Shown here: positions 30,481 to 43,589 of the stretch, piece after piece
How the letters are laid out: every line of letters starts with the position of its first letter
Numbering within the stretch: the first letter of the stretch is position 1
Source: Amoeboaphelidium protococcarum X5
Lineage: Eukaryota; Fungi; Aphelidiomycota
NCBI GenBank assembly: GCA_023515725.1
Contig: JALDTO010000154.1
Span: forward strand, 453,484-517,483
Reading direction: 5' to 3'
DNA: 64,000 nucleotides
The notes under the pieces: model-generated
Told to the model about the DNA's origin: nothing
What the model saw: only the letters and a program-made list of their open reading frames with translations
Databases searched by the model: none
Program-made: the position numbers and the translations under genes

Positions 30481-32666
30481 TCAACGCTTGAAGAAATCAA
30501 CCGTTGCATGAAAGCAAGTCCACTCAGCATCGACAGAATCCAGAGAGTGATTATCCTCCGGAAAGACGAGACATTCTACTTTACTATCCTATTGACCTTT
30601 CAAGTAATGATACCAATTCAGACCTTCATAATTGGGAACGCGTCTATCTTTAGAGCCAAGTAGGAACATTATCGGTTTCTTCACTCTGTGTACAGTCTAA
30701 ATCGGTGATCTCTCATATAAATGTTTATAATGCTCCGGAGTAGGACTGGGCCCAGACGGATGCTGATATCGATAATCCAGACCACCTTACATATAAGACC
30801 AATCTGGAATATCTGACTACACAAGATTTGTGGCTACATTCAGTACAGGATTACGTAGAACTGCAGCACTGTAAAATTCAGGAAACTGGCCCATTAAATG
30901 ACCACCAATAAACCCACCATGAGATCCTCCAAAGACATAGTATTTCGAAGCAGATAATTTTGTGCTAACATAGTGCACATCACCAATATCCAACTCACCA
31001 ATTCTACCCAAAAGTTGGTCAACGTGCACCTGTCCATATCCAACACTACCCGTGTAGTTAACCAGAGCAACATTAAATCCCATCAGGCAGAAGCCATACG
31101 CAAAAAGGTTGAAATCAATGGCAAATGCACTATTTGGACCGCCATGTGGATAAATGATACAAGGACGATCAGCTCCATCTTGATACATATAAATTGTCTC
31201 CAATTAGTGAGCTCTCTCAGGATAAGATTAAACTTCAAACTTGACAGCAGGTAGATTGCAAGTCATTAAACTCTTCAAGGTCAACGAATGCTCCAACTTC
31301 ACAGTTTATTTAATAATACCGTCCGGATTGAATCTGACAATACTCAAGTCATTTGGTAATACACAATCAGTAAATTGGACAATAGCCACATCCCCACACA
31401 AATCCAACACTGCGGAAGATCTAGCATTCAAGAGCTAAGGATATAAGGGCGTCACAGAGCCATTATAAATGTTAATTAGGACAATTTGTCTACTATCTCT
31501 CCATTAAGTATTAACCAACACCAAATTATCGTTAAGGAAACAGTTTAATGGAAGAGATTCAGTATAGAGACCTGGGAAATCTTCAACAGACTTTGAATCT
31601 TATACGACATCAACAATTACAGTGTTAATACCAGTAGAAAAATTGTATTTAATCAGCTGACACGCACCAAAATGACCTCCGCCAATCTAATTACTCAAGT
31701 ACAGACAGTATTCCTACGAAGGCGCAACACGAACAGATCTGGCATTTGGCACGCCAGTAGACAGGCATTTCACATTGCCACATTGCTAATTCTCCAAGTA
31801 GTACTTTCTATCAATGGACCACAGTGCACCTGGTCTATTATGGCAGTACACAATTCCGTACTTGTAATTATCGCATTACACAGTTCTGAAGATTAAAGAA
31901 TCATCACGACCAAATTACGGTTAGCCAGCAGTTTTATCTAGTTCTTACAATACTTTCACACTGTGGTCATTATCCATATTTACGGTCAAGTCAATCACGA
32001 CAATAACAAAATCGCTTTTACCATCAAATTTCTCTCCCCAATCTTACTTGTACTAGTACTTTTTCAGATAATCCTCTATATTATCTTCTGATGTTCTGTC
32101 TGCTGCCTAACTACTGGATGGGGGAGAGCTGAGACGTTCTGCAACATATGCTACTCTATTCTCCTCCCTATTCCATGTGACATAACCACCAAAAGTTGAA
32201 TCACCAGAAAATGCACCATGTTTAGTAGTCACCTCAATGCAACGCTGAAGCTATCCATCACTTGTCCACAACTCAACAAATCGCTTTTTACCACCATTGG
32301 TAGAAGTGGACGTCTCTTTTAACACACAACGCATCTTTCTGGACGGAGACCATGACTAGCACACGAGATCCGAAGACACTTGATTCAAATTCAATGGTAT
32401 TTTGGACACTTGACGATCTAGAGTGGGAACTTGTACTTGAGCTGTAAACTACACATTGTTCATTAGAAGAGTTATTGAAGCCAAAAACTTTGAGACAAAA
32501 TATAGTGCAAAATAGATCCTACCTGAAGCTTCTTGTTCTGTTACAAGCATTTAACTTAAGCCTCAACACTTATACATATGCCATCAATACCATCATTGGT
32601 GTTACTGGATACGATATGGGCACCATTGATATAAGGGAACTTGAACAATTACTAAAACGCGTCCAT
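30481..32666 (-). CDS. APEH: acylamino-acid-releasing enzyme (S9C peptidase), one 5' intron
   Basis: PHGGPNS, VNYTGSVGYG, nucleophile motif GGSHGG, LRNPV, DIPDW, GSKDRRVP, DNHSL. Confidence 0.9.
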
Positions 32667-32867
32667 TCCAATGTGAATTTAACTGTCGTCGTTCCTATTG
32701 AAACACTAATGGAGCTCACTCAATAAGAGAGAAGACAGGTGCGAGCGGAGATAGAGTGAGGAAGAGAGAGCGATTCGGGTGGAGTCTGCGTTTATGCTGA
32801 AACGATATCAAGACAGACGGGACTGCAAATCGAATACATACTGTATAAGAAGTAAAATTAATAAGTT

Positions 32868-32910
32868 TATTCACACACACACACATAACACAACTGGATC
32901 ATTCAGACAA
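32868..32910 (+). repeat. imperfect ~40-bp direct repeat, copy 1 (copy 2 at 35446-35483)
   Basis: TATTCACACACAC..ACACAACTGGATCATTCAGACAA vs TATTCACACACACGC ACACAACTAGACCAGTAAGACAA (19/23 identical in the non-CA part). Confidence 0.55.
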
Positions 32911-33438
32911 GCAGCTATACACGCGGATGATTTTCTGACGATTGAAACTATTGGGAATGCTTTTAAGGCGGCTATCACAAGGGAGAGTATGGAAACATCA
33001 TGTGGTACTCAGTGAGAAGGCGGAGTATGCAGTGGAATCTGTTCGAATCTTCCATCTGCCGCTCATAAGAATCCGAGCAAACTCACATCATCATAAAGGA
33101 TACGCTCTCCTTCAGGCTCAGATGATGGAAGTTGTTGATCGACATCCATAATGTCGTAAGCTGCAATAGAAGCCGGCGGGTGCAGTTGATTAAAAATGGC
33201 AGATCCAGTAATAGGATTATCGCAGAAACCCAACCATTGCAATTATTGAATGCCTAGTAGATCATCAAATGAAAGTGGATCAACCTGCGCTACCACTTAA
33301 TTTAATTGGTATATTTGGATTTAAATATCTTTAGTCGGTGCCGTCATCTACTATGCCGAATATTTTGTCATGAAGGAAGTGTGTAAGGCTTGAAATAGTA
33401 TCCGACTTATTAAATCATACAAATACAATTCATCAATT

Positions 33439-34100
33439 CATTCTTCAGCATGACGCGTTAGTCGTCTCTTAGCAGCACCAGATGAATTTATTTCTTAATT
33501 TATATTCATTTAAGTAACGCAACCAGCATCGGCTTCATGAGTGGCTACCGAGCGATTAATATCTTCAGCTTTGACGTTGCCTGTGGAATAACGCCCAAGC
33601 CAAGCCTCATAATCAATCAATCTTTGTTCAAACCAATTTGACATCGTTGGCTTGCGCGGCACGACCAAGCGATGTGGCGTCGATGCAGAGTTACCAAACA
33701 AATCATAAATGCTTGAAGTCCAAGGATACATATCCCACTAGCCATCTTTGGTTTTATAGTATAATTAAACGATAATGCTGTTCTTGTACACTGAATAAAG
33801 GTTGCAATTCTGACTCTAGATGTACTCCACAAAGTATCGAAGAGTGTTGACACGCGCCTTCTTCAATTCAGCACGAGCAAAATAAATTATCCCATCTACA
33901 CCTTATGCTTCAAAGTAGATTTTATTCAATGTCTTGAATTTCTTCAGAGTGCTTTGCCATTTTTGTAAAGTGCTATCTGATCTCCAAAGTAAACAAGTAA
34001 ACAAAAGAAGAAATTCGTTACTCGTGAAACAGCACACATGATAGAATGGATGTTCATTCTCATTTTCACTGATAATGATATTATAAAATCTTCTTTTATA
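33439..34100 (-). CDS. hypothetical protein (start uncertain)
   Basis: More than 200 codons open under code 6 (..LLWRSDSTLQKWQ..MYPWTSSIYDLFGNSASTPHRLVV..RHAEE*); no recognised domain. Confidence 0.4.
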
Positions 34101-35491
34101 TAATAATGACCAGTTGATGATAAGCCAAATTAAGTATTGTTATGGCCTAGGTTAAAGGCCCGATACTTTTTATGCTAGAGTATATTGCAATCACTGAAGA
34201 AACTATCAATAGAGCCATACACGTGAAACAACCAACAATCGAGTATCAATCAGTCTTGCTTTAAAGCGCCAAGCTGTTTGCATTAAGGAAACTAATAATG
34301 CTCAATGTATTTAACTCTTGGGTGGATCTTTATGCACCTGGAATGCTCCATTGCCAAGTTTAAAAGTAGCCATACTTTTTCAAATTTAGTCGTTTGACTA
34401 TGTACAAAGCAAGATGATATCCATCATTATAACTGACACCGGAATATCAATCATAGGCACTTAGCACATTGTCAACAAATCTTTGCTTTTTATCAACTAA
34501 AACTTAAAAACGCGTTCATCCTCAGTTATTAATGACTTTGGATCTTAAAATTCTTCCACTTCAATTATGTCTTCTTGATTCATGACTAGTTTAAGCAATC
34601 TGTAGTTGTTGTTTCAAGTCACGGCAATAGAGGGAGTATACTTGACACGAAGAGAACGCGGTCGAATAGATTGATGATATGACGAAAAGGACGTCTGTCT
34701 CCAATTGTATCGCTCATAACGTCCAGCACTGCCAAGCTAAAGGTGCATAATTAAACAGATGCTGAGGGCGCAATAAACGGAAGATGTAACGGTAATAGAT
34801 GATCCAATTGAGTATATTTATATTATTTATTCTAAGATAATAGAATAAACTAAGAAAATGGACGTCGTGATACTTAAGTTCTCTTAAAGCGTGATTTCGG
34901 CATCCCCAGACTAGTTATACAGTATCATAGCACGAAGATCGATACGCAATCCTCTTGAATAGATATCCAAGATATAGCAGAGTCATACAGATCATATACA
35001 AAAGCATAAATTTACTGAGACGTAACACAATGAGCGGTATTGAACAGAACATTATCACTGTCATAAACAGAAGGTTAGACGCACTGACTGTCTGTCAAGT
35101 AAAGAAGATTGAGGCGTTAGCGAGTCAGAGCTGGGCACTTTCATTATTAGGATCTCATGATTATGCCATAATGGATCATACCCCATGAAGTCGTGTCATA
35201 AGTCATACTGATAATCAAGAATTTTATATGAATTCATGACTAAAATAATGACTGTATGCGAAGGGGATTGAATTTTCAAAATCTATGATATGCTTTAATG
35301 AAACGATATTTATAACAGGTCGAAATGCAACTTTAACGTATAATAACTAAGTTAATATGAAAAAATTACGCCAAAACATACATCTTCATTAAATTATTTT
35401 TCAAAAGAACACAAATCTTCTCCAATAACTTATCCAAAACACTATTATTCACACACACGCACACAACTAGACCAGTAAGACAATCAGTAAA

Positions 35492-38400
35492 TCAATCAGA
35501 GGTGGTGTTTCTATAATTGACCAGCTCTGTGCTGTTTCTGTACAAGCAATATGGCCGCTCCACTCCCCATTGACAATTGTTATTCACTGCAGGAGGAATC
35601 TACGAGCAGACGCGCAACACAATACCAAAAGATCCCGGAGGACATCTCTTTGTGGAGAAGCCTGGAGCACTCACTTCAGCAAAGCCATCCTGAGCAGGAC
35701 AAGTACAATCACTACTAGTAATAGGAGGTGGTGATGGTTAAGGATCAACTACAGAGGATGTGGATGAGACACTTGAACTAGCTGATTCAGATGCAGAAGT
35801 AGAGGAAGACTAAGAAGCAGAGGTGGACTCTACATCAACGACGGTTTAGGTTGGTGTGGCAGTGACTTATTCCACATACGGACCACTATAAGAACGGTTA
35901 CCAGCCTCGGCCTAAAAGTTTTTAAATGGAAGATTGTCAGGATTAAAGTTGAATCCTGGATCCGTCGCTACAGTCTTGCCAAATGACCACTGTACCATTC
36001 CCTGCCAGGTTGGACCAACCAAAGACTCTCTCTCGGGAAGGAACGCTCTAATTACGGCCAGCAGAAGACGCCAATCGTATCTAAAGCTAATATACTCTTC
36101 ATCTAAACCGGTGGGTGGCCCAAATGTACGCTTCACTCCTCCCTTAGATTGGCGACGCTCCGCCAACTTGCCAAAATACTTATTGGAGACAGAGAATATG
36201 GTATTCCAATTGATAGGCCCATAGATGCCAGCAGCACCTTACTCACTATAAGGATAAGTAGATCTTAAGAGATCCAAAAAAATATGCAAATCTCTTCTCG
36301 ATACTTGGTAGTCATAAACTTTGGCAGCAGAGTCCATGAGCTTACACACAGATTTAATATCACTGCCGTGAGTACCAAAACCATTCATACCACATGTCAA
36401 CAACGGATCAGCCTCAGGCTGACATCCACACAATTTTGATGAGATATCGCTGTAAACACCGCGGTTATAAGAGTAGAAAAGAGCGGCAAACTCAAGCTCA
36501 GACTTCTGCTTCCCATTTGAACGCTTCTGCCATGGAGCACGCATTCCGAATCCAGGTACCAAGATATAAGCATTATAACGCCAATGCAAATCAAGTGCAG
36601 CTAAAACCACAGCACGATGAGCCTGCTGAACATAGAATGAATGCAACTGAGGAAGCTGAGGTGAAGCAGCAATTGTGACGTCAAGGTCAAAGGACGGCTA
36701 TTGTTGGCCATAAGTTAGAGCAAATCTTCCGGGAAACATACTGACAGTAGTCGCCATAGTAGGCATTTCATTCTAGAAAGGACCATCACCATTAGCATCA
36801 GTACCAAACCCATAGTGAAGACCATAAAGATTGTACAAGGACATCTCATTCATCGTCAAGAACATTCTTTGAGCATCAGGTCCATTAGGACTGACTGCAG
36901 GTGCAAAACTCTCTTTGGCAGACAGACTCATGAAAGCGTGCGGATTCATACCATACTGGTCCATAGCGTACGCAAGGAACAACCCAAATTACTTATCCAA
37001 CAGACGCACATTAATATCAGTACTAGAAATTCTAACAAACTTGTCTGGATCAGGGAAACCAATGAACATCTGAGTTGGATTCTTCTCATACCATGCTTGG
37101 GGTGCAATTAAAGAGCAGAAATACTGAGAATCAGGACCAGTGAAGGGCTTGTACAATGAAGGATCGTCATAGCCGCTCCACTACAGCACCTCCTCAAACT
37201 ACTCCTCCAACTTGTCTTGATCGAAGCGCAGTGAAGAACTCAAATGCGTAGTTGTGGTCATTGCATCAATATCCTGATTAGAGCCTTCAACATCTAGCTT
37301 ATACCATAAGCCACCTGGACCGCTACTTGGTGGACCATTATACTGGCAACCAGGCGCGGGAGGTGGAGGCGGTGGTGGAATTACAACAGTGGGGGAGGGA
37401 CTGGACGAGGTAGATGTACTGGTCATTGTCACTCTAGTTGAAGTTGAAGAAGAGGTGGTGGATGATTGCGTTCTGGTCGATGAAGTGGATGGAGGAGGAG
37501 GAGGTGGAGGAGGACTCACCACCAGATCGCAAGCCCCTGGATCACTCTTACCCTTGAGGAATGAGCTCTGCTGCTTGGCAAAACTCATACCATTGGCCAT
37601 ATTGGCACTAGAGCTACCAATATCCCAAGTCATGAACCCAGAAAAGTATCCACCAGCAGCAGGTCCATATAAGTCGATCATGTTCTGCAGAATCGATTGC
37701 ACTTTATCAGCGCCTTGATATCCACCACCACTCGTGGCACTGCCAGGAACACCCAAAAACACTTGAGTTTTACTCTACTTGGCCCAAGTATTCCACTCTT
37801 CAAAATTGAAGAATCTGGTATCAAAGTTCTGTATACCACAAAAGTTGTTATAAAACTGTACAAAGATGAAATCCAAGTACGCTCCACTCAGCACATAATT
37901 AGGCCCTGAGCCAGTTGGGCCAAGGTATGCATCTGGGAATACACACTGCGGAGCACCACCGACATAGTAAGTGCGGGTCAGATCCATTGCATAGAGTTCA
38001 CGCAGCCTATTAGTCAGACCAGTATAACCGACAGGACTTCCACCTTCAATATCCAAGTCAAAACCATCAACAATAGAGCCAGGCAAAGCGCGAGGAATAT
38101 TTGGATCACTACCAGCACCAAACATGGCCCACAGAGTATCAGCGTACTGAGCACCGTCTTACTCAGAGCTAAACACACCATTACCAGTCGCACCACCGAT
38201 ACTCAACAAAATGATCTTGCCCTTCTTCTGACAATACGTGATATCTTGCGCAATCTAATCACACACCAGAAGCCAAGGATAGCTAGGAAATGGAGTGTTC
38301 TCGCAGTGATAAGCAAAGTTGAGACCAGGTAGATTTAGGGGACCGTGTTTGAGAATGTGCAAAAAGGAGACGATCACAATGTCCCAGGTAGTGTCGTCAC

Positions 38401-38645
38401 AGTACGCAGACAGACGCTTCTCATAGTTTGCAGGCTACTGACCAATACCAACAGTGTTTTGACCCTACACACAAGAGATGAAATAGTGACATCATGAGAT
38501 GAATTTAACGGTCAAACGTAATACTTACCCAATAGCCAGCAGATCTGAAACAAGTCTTGCCCGCACTGGGATCGTACTTGGGAGCATTCAGCGCCAGCAC
38601 AGGAGCCAAGCATGCAGCAGTGATCAAAAATTGTATAGCAACCAT
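35492..38645 (-). CDS. secreted multidomain chitinase: signal peptide + GH18 class III + Pro/Ser/Thr linker + lysozyme-like domain + Cys-rich tail (one 5' intron)
   Basis: MVAIQFLITAACLAPVLA; GYWGQN, LLSIGGA, catalytic DGFDLDIE, APQC, VQFYNN, FMTWD; continuous frame to TGA 35492. Confidence 0.9.
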
Positions 38646-39480
38646 CACAGAATCTCAATCAATATACAGTTGAGACAAACTGCTATTAGAGGTGCAGATA
38701 TGATATAAGTGAATGTACAGTACCGTATGTGTGCAAAGAGAAGACGAAGCGGCAGATGGGAGGACGGATCATCCGATCGGATTGTGAGGCGCCGAGAGCC
38801 ATTGCCTATTCCGGAAGTATTTGATTACGCGTTGTTTCAAACAAACAATTGACGTCATAGGTGTAAACTTGCCATAGATCCTTACATGAACAGAGTGATC
38901 GATAGATCTAGTATCCTTTCAATTATTTTTGTGATTCTTTTATTCCATGGACATAGTATATATTGCTTAATCCTGGTGTTGGCTAATCCACTATCATAGG
39001 CCCATTCAGTGTGATTGGTGTCATACCAACAAGCTGAACCGTAATCAGATCAGCGTGTTCTTAAGTCCAACCATTATATGATATCATTCTCTAAAAATAG
39101 TGTTTAAAGTTCACAATTTGCTTGATACACTCTATTCAAATTTCTTCTAATTGTAGCTGTATAACTGGAGCATGAATCTAAGTCCAATCTGGATTTCAGT
39201 TTACTCCGCGCGAAACAATCTGAATTCCAGATCGAACTGTGCGAAACATTCTGAATTCCAATTCGGACTATTAGATAATCTGTAATGCGACACATAATCT
39301 TCACTTGATTAGCGGTCTATAAATGTAAAGTAGTTTATTTATTTTTACTGCTCATTTGGCTGACATGTGTTTTTTCGCCTCGCTGTTCTCGCCAACCACA
39401 GCAGCGCTCTCTCTTTTGATCTCTCCTATTACACTTACGCGAAACTCTTGATTTTCATTGACTGCTGCAACTGGTACAAA

Positions 39481-40977
39481 ATGGATCGATTTCAAAGGTA
39501 AATTGACTCATTTAATGCAGATCAATCTAATTATACAAATCGGATATTACAATGTAGAAAGAGAAAAGAGGTTGACAATGAAGAGTTGGACGCGATTTCG
39601 AAGGCTCGATCAAAAGCAAGTGCTTTGCTACTATCAAAGTTGCACAAGTCTGTCGATCCATAGTAGGAAGAAGTTTAAGCTGAAGAATCTGAATAATCTT
39701 TACCACCGCCGCCGCCATTGCCTGACTCTCATTTACCGCCACCGCCATCTTCTCCTCCTCCGCTTCCACCAACGATGCCTCCCCCTCCGCCACCTCCCGC
39801 TGATGATGACTTACCTCCTCTGCCTCCGACACAGGATGCTCCGCCTCTTCCATCTGATGGCTTTGATTAAGCATAGACTGATTCTGCTTCAGCTGAGAAT
39901 GATAATAATCATGATGCATACGGTAAACCGAAGATCGTACCCAATGTTGATCCTAATGTGCATGATCGCGATTTGAATGATTTCATTAAAGTAATCTACG
40001 TGAATGATGTGCGAAATCGATATTTGGTGTGTAGAGAAGAGAGTCTGTAAATTATACGGTAGACTTGCCTGTCTTTACCTGATTTGAAGAACTAAAAACA
40101 TGCCTCTTTCGATATTGTGAGCCGAGGCAAGTACTTCCCGGACAAGGGCAAGGCAACTCGGGCCGAACCTCTGATGCACATTTATATGAGGGCGTCCCAT
40201 AAAGAGATGATGGTTAAAGCGTGTCAGATGGTTAAGGAGATGCTGGACAAGGAGATTGTGATCACTGAGACATTCTCTAATGTAGCATAGAATAAGACTA
40301 CAGTAGAGGAGACGATTGAGCTGGCGAAAGAGCTTGAGATGACAAACTTGCAACCGACATAGATTAGATCTAAAGTTATTGGCGCCACAGGATCTCATGT
40401 AAAGTATATTTAAAGCACATCTAATACCAAGATTCAACTACGTGGAATCGGATCTAATTTTAAAGAGCCGGATACTCAGGCTGAACTGGAAGTTCCAATG
40501 TTCATTACGCTCACTAACGCGTCTGCTGAAGATTTGAAGCGCGGCTTGAAGTTGGTATGGGACTTGATTACCAAGATTAAAGATGATTGTAAACACTAAC
40601 AGTAACTCTAATAGCAAAGGCATTAGTAGAAAATTTAAAGGCATCAGTAGTAGTAGTAACAGTAGTAGCAATAACAGTAACAATAACAACAGTAATAGTA
40701 ATAGCCTTAGAAGGTTGAGACATTCTATCAGCCTGGTTAGCAAGATTCTGGTGTTGATTATTCGCAGTTTTATGGAATGCCTATGGCAATGACTTTGGAT
40801 CCTATGCTATAACTTTAATAGTAGCAGCAGTACTTTGGGTTTTACAACCCGCAAGCTGGAATTGCCATGTAGTAATAACAGTTCATTCCTCAACAGTAAA
40901 TGCCTCCTTAACAGTAACTGCAGTTTCAATAACAAATGCCGTACTAGGACGAGAGCTAAAAGTAGAATTAGTAATGA
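39481..40977 (+). CDS. KHDC4: KH-domain splicing factor KHDC4/BLOM7-like with poly-Pro and poly-Gln tracts (intron ~39498-39557)
   Basis: VNDVRNRYL, SRGKYFPD, KVIGATGSHVKYIQSTSNTKIQLRGIGS..EP. Confidence 0.75.
40597..40705 (+). repeat. poly-Gln tract written with mixed TAG/TAA/CAG/CAA codons
   Basis: CAG TAG TAG TAG TAA CAG TAG TAG CAA TAA CAG TAA CAA TAA CAA CAG TAA TAG TAA TAG in frame within KHDC4. Confidence 0.9.
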
Positions 40978-41099
40978 ATTAAAGCATAAATATAATTTTG
41001 AAATTGACATCAAGTCTTGATTTATCGACAGGTATGATTTGAATTACTTTCCATTTACAGATAGCTAGATATAGCGCTCCAATTTCCCCTAAAGTAATA

Positions 41100-41468
41100 T
41101 CATGATTGATCTAATCGCTGTTTAACCAATTCAATAATTTTACGCTGCGTGGCATCTTCAAGTAGTTAGAGTTATGGTTCAATATCGCGCTTCAAATCCC
41201 AGTCAATCTTTTTAGGAGCTAAATCTTCCAAATCCAACTAGCTTTACTATCGCATAGTCTCCACTTTATCTTCCAGCAATTACTCATACTAATCAGCGAG
41301 AGCCTCCATATTAGCTGGCGTAAACTCTGACTATTTCTATAACTGTCCAGTGTGTAAATGCTTCACTTCAGAATTGTGAGTCTCTACACTCTCTGGGTCC
41401 ACCTACAATTATCCACTAGCCATAGCACCGTGTAATCTTTATAGTCTTTATCGCGCTGCTTCTTCCAT
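41100..41468 (-). CDS. CWF18: splicing factor Cwf18/CCDC12
   Basis: MEEAARQRLQRL...DLEDLAPKKIDWDLKRDIEPQLQLLEDATQRKIIELVKQRL. Confidence 0.85.
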
Positions 41469-41841
41469 GATGTTATTTATAGTGGAGCGATAACAAACTA
41501 AAGTCTACTGCAGTCTTAAATTTATACAAACTCTGGTGTATTTGTCGGAGAATGTGAATTGATTTTAAATTAATTTTCCGATATGCTCTGCGCAACGTCA
41601 CAAAAACCAAATTACAGCAGTAAAGTCGTACTAAAAGGGCGATCGATAGCAAGAAACTCTGAGCACTTCTCTCATTTCGCCCTCTTAAACCATACTACCG
41701 TGATTTACGCGTATTTCTCTATTATTACTACGTCTTATCAACTATGCATCAATATGGCGTCTTTCAATCAAATGATACCAGAGTAATCACCATCACCAGT
41801 ACGCGTCAGATAAGGTGACCAGTTGTCGATATTGGAATCAG

Positions 41842-43074
41842 ATGTCAGTTCTTTAAATGGTATGGAAATACAAAGATCTTGATGCAGAGTATCACGGCTC
41901 TGTTGCCGATCACCTGGCTGAGAGAAAACTGATACTGTATAATAATATAAGCAAAGGAAGGTTCTCAGTGCAACCAGATTAAAATCTTAGATCAGATATT
42001 AGTCAAAATATTCTGATTAATTCCCCGTTTGCATCCAAGCTGGCATATGATAATTTCCATCCAGGCTTTTATCGCTCTATACTTAATATGAATATCAATA
42101 GTGTGGATAGCATTGATTGTCTGGCCGAGTATTTGGGAGTATAGCGCGTGTGTATTCAACATTATGAGACTTGCGTACACAATAATATGGTTGTCGACGC
42201 ATTGCAAACTCTAAGAGATGAGATTAATGTTGGGGAATCCGTGGTGTCAATGAAATTTTATTACTTGGTCAAAACAATTGCAGCCTGCATGTCTGTTAAA
42301 ATTAAGTTAGAAAATCAGTTAAAAGTGGTGGTTGGAGGATTTATGGCGGATCCCAAGTACGATTATGCTAGTAAGTGTGATCTGAGGGTATCTGACTCTG
42401 AATCCGGCAAGGTTCTGCTCTGCACAGAGTTGAAGAGGGACATTTCATATACTGCAGGGCGCCCTTGGTATGAGAAGAGCAGACTTGCTCAAGTATTCGC
42501 TACTCTATACGCATCTAATGCTCCACTTATACTTTTAACACCGGTACAATTTAAAGTATTTTGTGAGAATTCTGCAAGAGATCGCGTGCACACCTTCCCA
42601 TTCGATATAAATGCACCTAATGTGAATGCGGCATAGAGTTTAACTCAGCCTATTGGTCGTGAATTAGTAAAGGCTATTGTGATCTGTCTTTGTCAATCCA
42701 TTGCGGTGTCCAAAGTTTATTCAGGATCTTAAAGTGCCATAATTTAAGTGTTTAAGACTCCACTACGAGCTGCGGTCAAACTTGTTGATAGCATTAGCAA
42801 GAGAAGAGACGGTAAATCAGAAAATTAAAAAGATCAAGCAGTATTTGGGGAATAGTCTCCGGATCTGGTTTAGCCAAAATTTTTCGTTGGCATGAATGAA
42901 GACGGATCACCGTAATACCAAGAGATTCGCGTGTTGTCACCAGAGCAAGTGCAAGAGCTTAACCTTCTGGATGAAGACGATGAAGAGTCGTTACCTGAAG
43001 ATGCTGACTGGTCTTCGGTGGTGGGTTTCGAGAGTTTTTTGCCTCTATAGACTTCCTCTAAATCAAAATATTGA
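41842..43074 (+). CDS. PD-(D/E)XK restriction-endonuclease-fold protein (Crinkler-REase-like), 410 aa
   Basis: SKCDLRV...LLCTELKR...SRLAQVFATLY...PLILLT; acidic C-terminus. Confidence 0.65.
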
Positions 43075-43589
43075 TTTTATGTTTTTTAATGTTGCTGCCT
43101 CATATTGCAATTACAAACTGTATTAATCTGAATGGCGTTTAATTTATTTACTAAATTTACTTACACTATTTTTGACTATATTTTATGCCTTCGTATCAAC
43201 AACTTAAAGCGAATGCACGCACAATAACTACTTGGTTTACGATCAATACCTCATCTTTTCGTCCAGAAACTTCAACTGAATGTGATATCAAAGCTTTATC
43301 AATCTCATAAATATGTTAAGTTCAAACCTGGGGGCTAGTAGTTCTCAAGAATTCCAGTTTCACCAAGATACCGGGCCCAGTTGTAAAAAATAGCTTTTCT
43401 TATCTGAATATGTGCGCTGTTTCATTGTTTGACGCGCGTGAAGTTGCGCGTTGTCGATCGGTCGATCGTTTGAAAATCGGCCGAAATCTCCCCCGCCCCC
43501 GCGCTCCATCGGCCGAATCTATCCCTTAATATACTTATCGGAGTACTTTATTTATAGTACTTACCTTTAAAAAGCTTCGTAGAATCACA

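Noticed and set aside
40438-40743. Poly-Leu minus-strand ORF and stop-codon-rich microsatellite
   Set aside because: Reverse complement of the KHDC4 poly-Gln tract
43430-43520. GC-rich palindromes (CGATCG, TCGGCCGA twice) as a mobile-element end or CRISPR repeat
   Set aside because: Too short, with no array or partner end; more likely the DUF5995 promoter
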